Assembly: GCA_030141605.1 (NCBI GenBank)
Contig: JAQGDQ010000415.1
Location: forward strand, 62,001-126,000
Reading direction: 5' to 3'
DNA: 64,000 bases
Source of the DNA: Tubiluchus corallicola
Taxonomy: Eukaryota; Animalia; Priapulida
The notes under the pieces were generated by a model. The model did no database searches and was not told where the DNA came from. It was given only the letters and a program-made list of their open reading frames with translations. A program made the translations under genes and the position numbers. Every line of letters begins with the position of its first letter. Within the stretch, counting starts at the first letter, position 1. Shown one piece after another: positions 1 through 11,849 of the stretch.

Positions 1-819
1 AGCTTTAAATTTTTCTCCTGCAAAAATCAATCATATAATACAAAATCCTGATCTGATAAATTGGTATGATTTATTTTATGGTAAAGATGTGATTGAGTGC
101 TCAGATATTTTTCTTTCTTGCTACCAATCTGCTATCTCAAGGCATGTACCTGTTGTTTAAGTTAGATGTTCTAAATCTCTAAATCCATGGGAAAAGATTC
201 TAAAGTTGGTAGATTAAAAAAGAAAAAGAAACGTTTAGGGCAAATTTATAAACAAAATCATGCTGTTTGCAATGCTAAGATGAATTCTGAACGTAACCTG
301 GTTAATAATATTTCTACTACTGGAAGCAGCAAGAATTTTTTTTAAAAAGTCTTTTCATCCCGAAGCCCGTGTTTCTCATATTTGAAACTGTTTGGCATTG
401 GCAAAGTCATTTACCTAAAAATGAACCAGCTTTAAATTTTTCTCCTGCAAAAATCAATCATATAATACAAAATCCTGATCTGATAAATTGGTATGATTTA
501 TTTTATGGTAAAGATGTGATTGAGTGCTCAGATATTTTTCTTTCTTGCTACCAATCTGCTATCTCAAGGCATGTACCTGTTGTTTAAGTTAGATGTTCTA
601 AATCTCTAAATCCATGGGAAAAGATTCTAAAGTTGGTAGATTAAAAAAGAAAAAGAAACGTTTAGGGCAAATTTATAAACAAAATCATGCTGTTTGCAAT
701 GCTAAGATGAATTCTGAACGTAACCTGGTTAATAATATTTCTACTACTGGAAGCAGCAAGAATTTTTTTTAAAAAGTCTTTTCATCCCGAAGCCCGTGTT
801 TCTCATATTTGAAACTGTT
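1..819 (+). repeat. Tandem duplication, period 427 bp
   Basis: agctttaaatttttctcctgc... starts at 1 and again at 428; the copies appear identical through ...tttgaaactgtt. Confidence 0.9.
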
Positions 820-1727
820 CTGGTTGTTTAATTACAGATATATTTTCTGTTGCTAACTGTATAAACGATAATTTTGCTTCACTTTTTCTGAAGAATCAGA
901 AAATGTTGAATTACCTATACCACTATGTCGGTACAATAACAGTACCGAAGATGTGTCTTTTTCCATTAATGGTATTGTAATGAGTGATGTTAGCAATGGC
1001 GTAATTTGCATAATTATCTCGCTGGGTGGCGCTAATTACCGGGTAACCGCGCGTCAGCTACAGGTGATCACAATGCATGACCAGTTCCTTTTTCCGACCT
1101 GATACTTTTGCATTTCACTTCCTCGGTTCTTCTTCCTGCTGTTTCGATGTCAGATCACCAAATGCTAAATTGATTATAGCTAAGAAAGTATTACTAAATA
1201 TTAGGGGTTAAGAAACAAATGAAACTAAAAATATACTGGGATAATATGGTCGCCGAAATGTTGTTTTGTGCTGTTGACTAATCACGAGTGTCACTTGTTG
1301 ACCTGGTAACGCATACTGCCATCTGTTGTGTAATCAGGGAACTTGTGTTCTAAAATCACTAATTACTCTTGGTTTGGGTTTTTAAAACCTTGGAAATCTC
1401 GCGGTCCTGACGGCATTAGTTCGTCTCAGTTTGCATCACACTGCCCAATTAGAAGATCTTTAGATTCTGGTAAACCCACTTCATGGCCTAATGCAAATGT
1501 CATTCCTTTCCCAAAGTTTGTTAATACCGCGAAATGTGATGAATTGAGACTTATATCACTTTTTTCGATTCTATTCAAACATGGTCTGATCAGTGGTTTT
1601 TGCAGTTGAAGCCCATTACGTGTGCACTGTCACATATGAGAAGCCATGTTAGTTATAATTACGCAATTAATGATAAAACAGAATGCGAGGTTTCCAGTTT
1701 TAAGGACCTGGAAGTTTAGGAGTGATT

Positions 1728-2690
1728 GTGTCTAATGATTTGAAGGTTAGTGATCATATTGCTGAATTAGAAAACAAAGCCAATAATGAAAACTGTAATC
1801 AGTAAACTTTCATTTTGCCATTTTATAAAAGTTTGGTCCGTCCTTTATTGGAGTAGGCTGTTGTTGTATGTTACGTATATTCAACACCTCGAAGCAATTC
1901 ATAAGCGTTGTCTTCATTTGGTGCACGATATTGATTTATCGTAGAACAATTTATCGTCTTCTCTAGAACAAGAACGGACTACTATTGATTTGGTATATGC
2001 ATAAGATTTTCAATGGTGATACTATTATGTGGTCAACTGATTTCTGTTTTAGACTTTTACGTCAACTTCGGAGACATTCTGACAAAGTTTTTTGGCCTAG
2101 TGTTAGAAATATTGTACGGAAACATTTCTTTACTTATCGTGTGATTAGTTCATGGAATCATTTCGCAAACAATGTAAACAGCTTCAGTGAACGTAAGTAA
2201 ATTAAAAGTGTCTAATGATTTGAAGGTTAGTGATCATATTGCTGAATTAGAAAACAAAGCCAATAATGAAAACTGTAATCAGTAAACTTTCATTTTGCCA
2301 TTTTATAAAAGTTTGGTCCGTCCTTTATTGGAGTAGGCTGTTGTTGTATGTTACGTATATTCAACACCTCGAAGCAATTCATAAGCGTTGTCTTCATTTG
2401 GTGCACGATATTGATTTATCGTAGAACAATTTATCGTCTTCTCTAGAACAAGAACGGACTACTATTGATTTGGTATATGCATAAGATTTTCAATGGTGAT
2501 ACTATTATGTGGTCAACTGATTTCTGTTTTAGACTTTTACGTCAACTTCGGAGACATTCTGACAAAGTTTTTTGGCCTAGTGTTAGAAATATTGTACGGA
2601 AACATTTCTTTACTTATCGTGTGATTAGTTCATGGAATCATTTCGCAAACAATGTAAACAGCTTCAGTGAACGTAAGTAAATTAAAAGTG
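1728..2690 (+). repeat. Tandem duplication, period 480 bp
   Basis: Identical 71-aa ORFs at 1985 and 2465; gtgtctaatgatt...attaaaagtg repeated exactly. Confidence 0.95.
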
Positions 2691-3169
2691 CAATGAGAGT
2701 GGCATGCTCAATGCTAACTCTAGCCTAGCATCATTGAACCATTCAATAATATTCAATGAACACTGACTAGGATACTATGCCTGTAGTTTTGCCATTCAGT
2801 GGTAAAGGCACAGTACCGTAATCAGTGCTTGTTAATGAGTGTTAGTATAAATATTGTCCGGTAGTCAAATGATTGCTGCTAACTACTGCCAAGTGCCAAG
2901 TATAAATATATGAATACATTGGTAGTTAAGAATGAACTGATCTTAGACTTATTTAACTAAGGTGCTACTTCATGAATCTTGTCAATGATATTGAGCGTAC
3001 ACGAGACTTTTGTTGATACAGTAAAATTTCAAGTATATGTAAAACGTCAATCTTTGCTGCACTTGTGGAAACTGTGTTTCTCTATAACTCAGAATTGTGG
3101 ACAATTAAAGCACAACACGAATCAGAAATTAATGCATTTCAAAGAGTCTAGGAATAAAGTGGCCAAATA

Positions 3170-3480
3170 AAATATCAAACCAGGATCTGTACAATATAGT
3201 CAAAGAGGAATGGATAATTAAAATCAAAAGGAGAAGATTAAGATGGATAGTACATGTTATATGACTATCAGATGACAGTCCATTAAAGTTAGCTTTCAAA
3301 GAAGCACTGCTGAAAGAAAAGAGACCACAAGGAGGACAGCTGCTGAGTTATATCAATTTCATCCAAAAAGATCTTATCAACAGATCATTAGATATCAAAA
3401 ATACAGAGAAGGTTGCAGGTGACAGGGCAGCATGGAGTAAAGTGATCAGGAGGGTCATGTCAAACGATGATGATGATGAT
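3170..3480 (+). mobile_element. RTE-like LINE 3' fragment with (GAT)n tail
   Basis: Conceptual translation IKRRRLRWIVHVI*LSDDSPLKLAF...RPQGG...AGDRAAWSKVI is typical of the RTE ORF C-terminus; ends in gatgatgatgat. Confidence 0.75.
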
Positions 3481-3528
3481 AAAACGTCAGCAATCTAGAT
3501 TTTTTACAAACGTCTTTACCAACTCTGA

Positions 3529-4535
3529 TGTGACGATGTAGTCTAAGTTCCGTTATTGTAAATAGGTGGTTCGTGACTTAAGTGTAACCCTTAGGTAAAG
3601 AATAAAACACTTAGTCGAAAACACTGAGAAGAAACCACTGAATTAATAAAATAATATAACAATTTAATGAATATTTCAAAACACATTACAAGATAAATGT
3701 TAATAATAAAAATTAAGCCGGCTAAGAAGAGAAAGAACAACGTAATGTTTTTCACCAGTCCAGTCTTGGCATCATCAAGCGACTATTCTCCTGCTCCCAT
3801 TCCGCGGCATCTCCTCACCAGGGGCTTGATCGAGGAATGGTGCACCATAGAACGGTTGACTACACTACCTCTTGATGGAGCTGATTACGTGGACGACGAC
3901 GTCTCCAAACTTTGACGACTCCTGATGTACACGCCTCCACTTATATGACACCAAAATGGGGTAACATCCAAGCTCCTGCACTCGTCGTAAGGTAAGGATT
4001 ACCAATTTTGTAATCACAGCATGGAAGCACCAACGACAGTATCATCAACGTCAGGTAAATACGGGTAAGTATCATCAGCAGCAGATATCATCGACAACTG
4101 GTAAGTGATGTATCATCAGCGTCAGGAAATATAATCAGCAACAGGTAAGTATCATCGCTAGAATGCAACTATCGTCTCTGTCGTAACCAGGTAGACAGAT
4201 CGCTTTTCTACAAGCAAGCACTATTACTACTAAACCATCATTTTATGACATGAGAACGTCCGCTTAACTCGACTACTTGAAGCGGAATACCTGGGCGAAC
4301 TGAACAGCCAAAATTTCGTCTACGTGGCTTCAATCACATGATATAGTAGTAATGCATAAACAGTATCATTGAATGTACAGGTGAAATCTGATTTCAGAAC
4401 AAGTTGGCTTCTGTCATTATATCGTTAAACATCTTAACTAAACTTCTTTTATAAAAATTGACAATAATTAATGGTAGAATTATAACAGTAGGAACTAGTT
4501 ACATAACCTGGCCTAAAATAAGCCTGAGCGTCACA
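3529..4535. mobile_element. Solo LTR (~1007 bp)
   Basis: TGTGACG...CGTCACA inverted termini (TG..CA) flanked by the perfect 5-bp TSD TCTGA (3524-3528 and 4536-4540); no internal gag/pol. Confidence 0.8.
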
Positions 4536-5120
4536 TCTGATAAATATGCTCTTTTATCATTTACATATAAGTTTAGTGTCAGAACATCCATGTCCTGTGA
4601 TTATGTACATAAGCAATGTCGTTGAATAACCACGTGACTATGTAATTGTCAAAATTCATTACTGAGTGTTTTATAAAACGAAATTGAGCTTAAAAAGTTT
4701 AAAAAATTGAGCTTATCTGTTGTTTTAATTAATAATGTAAGATCTTCATTATATACAATAATTCTAATTCTTCACTTTAAATGTAGGTTGCCAATGTTGT
4801 AAAATGTAATTGCAATTCTATGTTTAGCACACAAAACTTTGTTGTGTACTAAACTTTGTAATATAACATAACATAATTTAATATAGGTAATTGTAATATT
4901 TAGCTATTTTAAATACCATTTAGTATTATTATTGTTATTAATATTGTGTATTAATAATGTTTTATTGTGTATTCTGTTGATGATCATACCCCATGTGCAG
5001 AGTTTTGCCTGTGTAGTATTGTGCATTGTAATGTTTTGTAACTTGTAATTGTATGAATTGTAAATTGCAAATGAATAAATATATGTAGTGCAATCCTGAA
5101 TTAAGAGCCATAATGTTTAT

Positions 5121-5429
5121 ATGACACAAACTAATATTAATGAAAGTGATCGAATTTTGTGGACCAGAGATCGGTTTTCTGCCCTCAACCTCTGCATCGA
5201 GTTGGGCAGGTGGTCGAGGACCCCTAGACGAAACAGGATACGTTTCTGTAATGGCGTGAATTTGCCTTTTCAGTCCGAGTTTCATGTAATATGTGAGTGC
5301 CCTCTATCGGCAGGTGTTTGGTTGGAATATCCGTCCATCAGCTTTGATAGTTTGCAGTCTACTTTTAACCACAACAATGATAATTCTAGCATTGATGCAG
5401 TAGCTAAAATTCTCTATGTTTATCTGTAA
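5121..5429 (+). mobile_element. LINE ORF2 C-terminal (Cys/His finger) fragment
   Basis: SALNLCIELGRWSRTPRRNRIRFCN...EFHVICECP matches the IExGRW..R.C..C..E.H...CP end of non-LTR elements. Confidence 0.65.
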
Positions 5430-6710
5430 CTGTGATATAATTATGATGTACTGGATTTATGCACTCATGTTAATAGAAAGACATAATTGTGCATGAAATG
5501 TCCATATGTCCATAATATAGGTGCAGCAATATACTTACTTCTTGTCTGTTGATCTAAAAGGTTTCTCGTGCTTCCGTTGCACCAAACAATGTCATAATGC
5601 TAGAGTTGTCGCTGGGGTGTTTGTGAAGAGCCAACAACCAACATTGGCAGGTTTATCGGACTATTTTTGAAATTGCGATGTTCGTGTTAAACAGATGAAA
5701 TCATTGGATGAAAACAAGGTTTAACTTTGCGATCTGTATTTTACTCAAAATCATAGTCTCATTGTCAATCCACATGGTAAACAGGTGAAATTCACACAAA
5801 AATGATATATATATCAGGCAATACATCATGCCATCTGAGTCAAGACATTGTTATAACCACACAACTGTTTAAGCCCACTGCTTGCCTTCTAATCTTGCTA
5901 CCAAGTGTAAAAACTACTACATTCACAGAGAAGCCAAGTAACCCAGTTACGTACAAACATATAGCGGTAACAAGTATTTAGATATATTGAAAACTAGAAA
6001 GTGTAGTGACAGATGTCAGCACTGACGTAGTGGCAATGAAAAATTAAAACTGGAAACTGCAAATCAAAATTAATAATAAACTGTAAATTAAGTGCACGTA
6101 TCTGCGACACATGTACCCTTTCTTAATTGGGCTAATGTAATTGTATCGAGTTAAAAGTGTTTGTACTACAATCAATGACTGCCATATTCCTGAAAAATAT
6201 TGTAGTGTTTTATACGTCATTTCTATTAAAAAAAATAAAAAAGGCCATTTTTCAAATTTGCATTTAATTCCGTAGTTCTAGACTTTACTAAACACAAAAT
6301 CACGCATTAAATAAACCTAATTTGGTAATTTTACTAATTTATACCACGTTCTATCAAATTTATAAGATTGTCATTCATTAAACTAAAATGTTCAGTGATC
6401 AGTTCATAATAATTCAAAATAATACAAAATGATGTATTTACTTACATCGTATGTCTCCATAAAGCAAATCTAGTATTTACCAATATATCTGACAAATTAT
6501 GCCACTATCATACTGTGAAAAACTACTTTTAAAGTAGCCTGTTAACGTCTACCAACTAACTCACTTGCCCTGGTCACGTGACCAACGAGATACTTGGTGA
6601 AATTCCCTACAGTGTTACTCCGAGAAATATGAATTCTGTAATTGGTAACTGAATTATCTTGATCAATAAATGCCATTCAATTCAATTCGTGTCATATTCT
6701 TTTATTTCAG

Positions 6711-7745
6711 GAAGACGATACAGGTTTCGAGGAAGATGTGCATAACAACAGTAGTGAAGAAAATGATGGCTGGACGTTGGTCATAAAAGGCAGGAAAGGT
6801 GGTCAGAAGACCAACCTGGACAAACTGACTGCACATGGTCTTGTAGTAACAGAAGATTTGGAAGTCATCAGCAGCAGCATGACCCACATTGACAAGAATA
6901 AGATCAGTGAAAGTGATTATCATGTTGAGAAAAAGAGCACAAGAAAACGCCATTTCAGTGACAGCTTCTTATTAAGCAGACGACAAGACGCAGGAGAGGG
7001 AAGCGTTTTGGCGATGCCGTGCTTGTCACGCTCACTGTCTGATTCTGAGTTCCTGAGCAGCAGTGATTTAAATCTGGAAGTGATATGTGCTGAAGTGAAA
7101 TTGCGTAGCATACTTAAAAAGCGCTCGGCTCGATGCCTGTCCGAATGCAGCATCGACTCGGGTACTATAGACGACGCCTCAAGTGTTGTCGATTTTGACA
7201 TCGATCGGGAGGTGGATTCGACAAATGAATGCAGTGAAGCCACTTGTAAATGGAAACGAAAAAAAAGTGTCAGTTTTAGTGAAAAGGTTCAACGAGCAAC
7301 TTTCAAATCCACTGCACCGCTAGGTGCAATTAGAACTAAAAAACGAAAGCCGAGGAAAAGGAAAGAAAAACCTTGCAGAAAACCCTCCGATGCAGGCGAT
7401 GTTGATTCACTTGAACGTCAAGTTTCGTCGGAATCAGTTGAAGACGATGATGACAGCACTGAGTTAGTTGTCGAACTAGAAAACAAGCTAAATATCTGCA
7501 GTAATGGCCAAAACGACATTGGTGAAAATGAAGCAGTCGAAATGCTCTTACCAGCGTATTGCATTCCTACTTACGACGTTAATGGTTTAGTGATGAGTGA
7601 CTCTGGCGGAGATTGCGATGATGATGTCACAATCAGCGTGAAGCCAAAAAGCAACACGAAACGAAAAAACAAAAAGAAAAACAAAGGACACAGTTTTAGC
7701 AGTCACGATAATACGGGTAGTGCACCTAAACATAAAAAGAAATAA
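6711..7745 (+). CDS. DNAAF2: Terminal coding exon, probably protein kintoun / dynein axonemal assembly factor 2 (C-terminal region)
   Basis: Acceptor ttttatttcag|GAA at 6710/6711 in frame with the long ORF; stop at 7745 followed by AATAAA signals. The motif order LRSILKKR..CLSECS...KKSVSFSEKVQRATFK...basic run...RKPSD resembles the invertebrate kintoun C-terminus as recalled. The PIH1/CS domains are not in the window, so the gene name is tentative. Confidence 0.5.
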   Translation, partial: EDDTGFEEDVHNNSSEENDGWTLVIKGRKGGQKTNLDKLTAHGLVVTEDLEVISSSMTHIDKNKISESDYHVEKKSTRKRHFSDSFLLSRRQDAGEGSVLAMPCLSRSLSDSEFLSSSDLNLEVICAEVKLRSILKKRSARCLSECSIDSGTIDDASSVVDFDIDREVDSTNECSEATCKWKRKKSVSFSEKVQRATFKSTAPLGAIRTKKRKPRKRKEKPCRKPSDAGDVDSLERQVSSESVEDDDDSTELVVELENKLNICSNGQNDIGENEAVEMLLPAYCIPTYDVNGLVMSDSGGDCDDDVTISVKPKSNTKRKNKKKNKGHSFSSHDNTGSAPKHKKK

Positions 7746-9392
7746 ATATTAGTATCGCTTTGCATTCCACCAAAAATATGGCAATTTTTTCTCCTTTCAT
7801 GCTATTTTTTAAGTGTTTTGTGTTGAACACAAATATTTTTTAATTAATTTTCTTCATGACAATCTGGTTTAACTTTCTAGAGTAAATTTATAAAATTCCC
7901 ATTTACTGTGAGAACTAAAAAAATAAATAAGAGTTAAACCGAACTAACTTTTTTTAGTTTTTATTAGAATGCTGTTTTACCAACATGGATTATATACTGC
8001 ACTATTGATATACGAGTGCTTGAGGAAGTTTGCAAAACATAATTGGTTGTTACTGTTAAAAATGGAATAAATAAAGTAAAATTTGAGAATTGCCTTTTAT
8101 TATTATTTATTTATAATACATCTGTGAACTGGAGTCAAGAGACTTATATGTCCATTAAGAACATCGTAAAACATTTCGACAATGTACAGAAAGTAAAATT
8201 ACTGCTAAAAGTACAAAATACATAGTATATGTTTAGTACAATATAAACACACAAGTAGGTGCAAATAAATTAAAAGTGCCGGTAAAAAGATTAAAACTTG
8301 ATTAGTACGATAAAATTGTATAATTATGATAAAAAAATTTACATCTTACATCATTTATAAAATCACGTATTTTCTGGTAAATATTTTTTAAAAAGTTTCT
8401 TAAATTTATTTATATTACCGGCTTGTTTTATTTTACTGGGTAAATTATTCCACATTACGGCACCATTATACATAACAGAATGTTTCATAACATTTGTTCT
8501 GCACTTAGGAATATGCAATTTGTGGCATTGTCGAGTTTGATATACATACTGCTATTATAACTGAAAAAATGGTGATACATATTAAGCGAAAGATTATTAA
8601 CATATTCGCACCATCAACAGTAAATTTTAGTAAATCTCCAATATTAATTCTCTATTTCACTGCACAACTGACTGAATTATTTGTGTTAATCTCCTTGTTG
8701 TTTCCATAAGTTATTGCAGTACGCAAAACCACATAAATTTCATTGTGTGCATTACGCCATAATGACAATAAATTGCTTACTTACTTGTATCCCTAACCCA
8801 AACCCTAATCGTAGCCCCTAACCTGTTTCATGAACTATTTTCTTGTGTGTGAGGAACTGTAAACTTTAATCATAATTCTGATACGTGCTTTGGAAAACAG
8901 TAATACAGACCATGTAAGGTCTTTAGGCTAGTGATTACGGACTAGCTAGTGGGTATACTGATGTAATTTCACACTGGGAGTAATTTGTTGCTTTGATTCG
9001 CCTGTTATGGAAACTTATTGTTCGACACATTATTTTGCTTTAGAACAAATGTTGCATAAACGCGTACTATTGATGTCTTGTATATACATAACATTCATTA
9101 CCTGTAACCGCCTGGCTTTTGACAAGGGTTGTCTATCAGAAGCAAATATCTGTAGCAATGTTGGTAATAGCTTCTTTTGTCTGGAGTAGTGCGCCTGATG
9201 AAACAGGTGCCTCTGGTCAAACAACATAGGAATGAATATAATGTATATTGATGGCTTGAGTGGATATAAAGCCATTACTTAAAGTTGGGTAGCAATTAGT
9301 CATTTCGTGCGTTCCTCATTCGTTCTGCTGCTTGATTCGGAGCGTTTTTACTGAGTTACAAAAATAATCAAATTTCACTATTATTACGAATT

Positions 9393-10445
9393 ATGGAACC
9401 AAGGTGCGATTTACTAGCAGAAGAGAAAACGAACTCTTACGAAAACGAACAAAACTCTCCTGGAATTCAGGAGATGAGTTTTTATGTGTATCTGGTGGCG
9501 ATACCGATTATCTTTGTTATTGGAAGCGTAGGCAACGTAATAAATCTGCTTGTTCTTTGGAGATATAAGCAGTTTCGTCTTTCAAGTTTCGCTTATCTCA
9601 GATTCTTGGCCATTTCAGACTCCTTTATGGTAAACTTCGCGTTTCAGCGTGGTCTCATCAATGGCGGAGCAGTGAAGTGGACTCTCCATCTGTCCAGGTA
9701 CTACGCACATGCCATCTTTCCCCTCGTGTCCACGTCAAAATTCTCGAGCAATTTTCTAATTACAGCACTGACCATTGACCGCTACTTCGCAGTCTGTCAT
9801 CCCTTTAAAACGCAACTTCTACGAAAAAGCAAGAACGTCGCTGCCGCCATCTTTGCTTCTTATTTCCTTGCTTTTCTTATCGAACTTCCTGACTTTTTCG
9901 TGCGTCGCGTGACTGTTCACACTTGCAACAATACCTCACCGGAATCAGTGTACTCCTGGGACTGGAACACAGCTGTAACAGAACATATTTTATACGCTCT
10001 CTGGATAGGTGTTAGGGCGTTCCTAGGAAAATTAGTTCCTCTCTTGACGGTGATGATTTTAAATCCCATGATTTTAAGGCACCTCAAATTAGTGGCGCGC
10101 AGACGACGCGACAGAATAAATCCAAACAATGTCAGATCGATCGAGAAGGAAGCAGACGACAGAAGACTGGTGATATTATTGAGTTTGGTGTCGTTGGTGT
10201 TTGTAATTTGCACACTGCCTGAGCTTGTATTTGGTGTTGTGTACAGAATGGCGCATGACACATTGTCCACAGGTGACTATGCATCCATTTACGCCATTGC
10301 TAGGCACACAACCAATCTTCTGGACATAACAAATTACGCTGTAAACTTTTACGTATACAGTGCGGGCTCCAATGATTTTCGTAGAGCTTTGAAAAAGATT
10401 TTCTGCGTTCAAAATCAAACTAGTTCTTTCGCGACTACATCATAA
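9393..10445 (+). CDS. Intronless class A (rhodopsin-like) GPCR, FMRFamide / sex-peptide receptor-like peptide receptor group
   Basis: 350-aa ORF with 7 hydrophobic segments; GN (TM1), LAISD (TM2), TIDRYFAVCHP (TM3), FVICTLP (TM6), NYAVNFYVY (TM7 NFxxY variant typical of this group). Confidence 0.92.
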   Translation: MEPRCDLLAEEKTNSYENEQNSPGIQEMSFYVYLVAIPIIFVIGSVGNVINLLVLWRYKQFRLSSFAYLRFLAISDSFMVNFAFQRGLINGGAVKWTLHLSRYYAHAIFPLVSTSKFSSNFLITALTIDRYFAVCHPFKTQLLRKSKNVAAAIFASYFLAFLIELPDFFVRRVTVHTCNNTSPESVYSWDWNTAVTEHILYALWIGVRAFLGKLVPLLTVMILNPMILRHLKLVARRRRDRINPNNVRSIEKEADDRRLVILLSLVSLVFVICTLPELVFGVVYRMAHDTLSTGDYASIYAIARHTTNLLDITNYAVNFYVYSAGSNDFRRALKKIFCVQNQTSSFATTS

Positions 10446-10796
10446 CATAGAAACGCAGATAGAGAGCAGAGCTGGCCCACATTTAGACATCGTTTAACTT
10501 AAGCAAATTTATATCATTTCTTCATTGCTGGTATCTCACCATATTTTTATGCATTTTCTGATAAAGTACTGTTCTAAAAAGTAAGCTGTGGAGAGCAGAA
10601 TAATTGATACAAGGACGAAAACGATGATAACACCGCTGTGGAAACAGACCTCTTTATAGAGTTGCTTATCGAGTATTCCATTCCATAACCCACGTGATCT
10701 TGGGAGTAAAGTGTGATAAGCATTTTTTGAACTGAATTATTGGCTTATGTTAAACACTGAATAAATATGAATAATACATACATAAATTATAGAATA

Positions 10797-11182
10797 AGCC
10801 TTTCCACAGTTTCGTTGTGCGCACGCGCAGTTGCTGCAGGTCAAAGGTTAAGTGTACCACAGCAGCGCGTCTTAACGACAACCGTCACGTAACATGTGTG
10901 TAAAACTAAGCCTTCTACAGCATCAGTTCAATAACTTCAAGTGTTTTACATGGACTTTACTTAACTATACATTAGCCTGTGAGTAGAGTGACTTACTAGC
11001 AGGATCTTGCTTGGAAACAAGAAAAAATGAACTAGGTAAGGTTCTAGCTAGCTGTTAAAACTGTTAATATAACAATAGCTTGGCTGCGAGGCGTTGTCAA
11101 GTGTACACAAATGCGTTGTCTGGTACACTTAACCTGTGACCTTTTGACGATCATCATCAATCGCTGGAACTGTGAAAAGGCT
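10797..11182 (+). mobile_element. MITE family A, copy 1 (~390 bp)
   Basis: TIR AGCCTTT(T/C)CACAGTT...AACTGTGAAAAGGCT flanked by TA; further copies at 17495, 28665, 31361 (inverted), 39974 and 63658 (partial). Confidence 0.85.
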
Positions 11183-11393
11183 TACTATACTTAGTTAATC
11201 AAAACCCTTGTAAGCAATGGACATTAGGTATAACGACAACTCTTGAAAACTTGCAACGTCAGTTTTTATACAGATTTGTCTAATACCTACGTACATATTG
11301 TTAGAATCTACTTTTTCAGCTTATTTGTGTACACATACTATGCTAACATTCTCATATTAGTTACATTATGACTCACTTCCGGACATCGTTTAA

Positions 11394-11849
11394 CCCTTTC
11401 AGTCCAAAATCATTTTTAATAAGAAAAAATTTTTTGGCTTGGTACTTTTGTTCAGTATGTCCATCTTGTTTACACATAATAATTATTTTTTCTACCTGTG
11501 CCGGCGTGCTTAATATAGCCTGTACCCCACGGGATACATTGGGATTCAATGGAAGCATAAAGTGTGCTTCATTTTGCAACTGCTGATAATTTTTTGAAGT
11601 ATTTAAAACATTTAGTATGCATGCTATGCTGATCTGTATAATGTCGTCTCTAAAGTACTGTACCTTGCACAGTTTTTTATGCTATGTAGATTTTTTGTTT
11701 GCCATTTTATCACTATTTTTAGTCTATAGTTATTGGCTTAAATCAAAATAACTATTAACAGATCAAATAACTGTCAGTTTTAAATTTTTATTAATTTTAA
11801 GGGCAGAAAATATTCTCGTATCCCACGGGATACAACGGGCATGAAAGGG
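11394..11849. mobile_element. piggyBac-like non-autonomous element
   Basis: TTAA|CCCTTTCA...TGAAAGGG|TTAA; an empty-site paralog (gacatcgtttaacttaagcaaat) lies at ~10487-10510. Confidence 0.85.

Larger units (their letters stand above)
1..2690 (+). mobile_element. Decayed CR1/L2-group LINE ORF2 (reverse transcriptase) remnant with two internal tandem duplications
   Basis: Broken-frame RT motifs: LKPWKSRGPDGI and WPNANVIPFPK...LRLISL (1343-1609), LYKSLVRPLLE (~1822-1855), LRRHS.K...RKHFFTYRVISSWN (1985-2200). Many stops and frameshifts. Confidence 0.8.

Noticed and set aside
976-1340. Non-LINE-looking insert inside the first LINE remnant
   Set aside because: No termini or TSD could be defined
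8790-8825. Telomere-like ccctaa repeats
   Set aside because: Only 3-4 degenerate interstitial units; common in TE remnants
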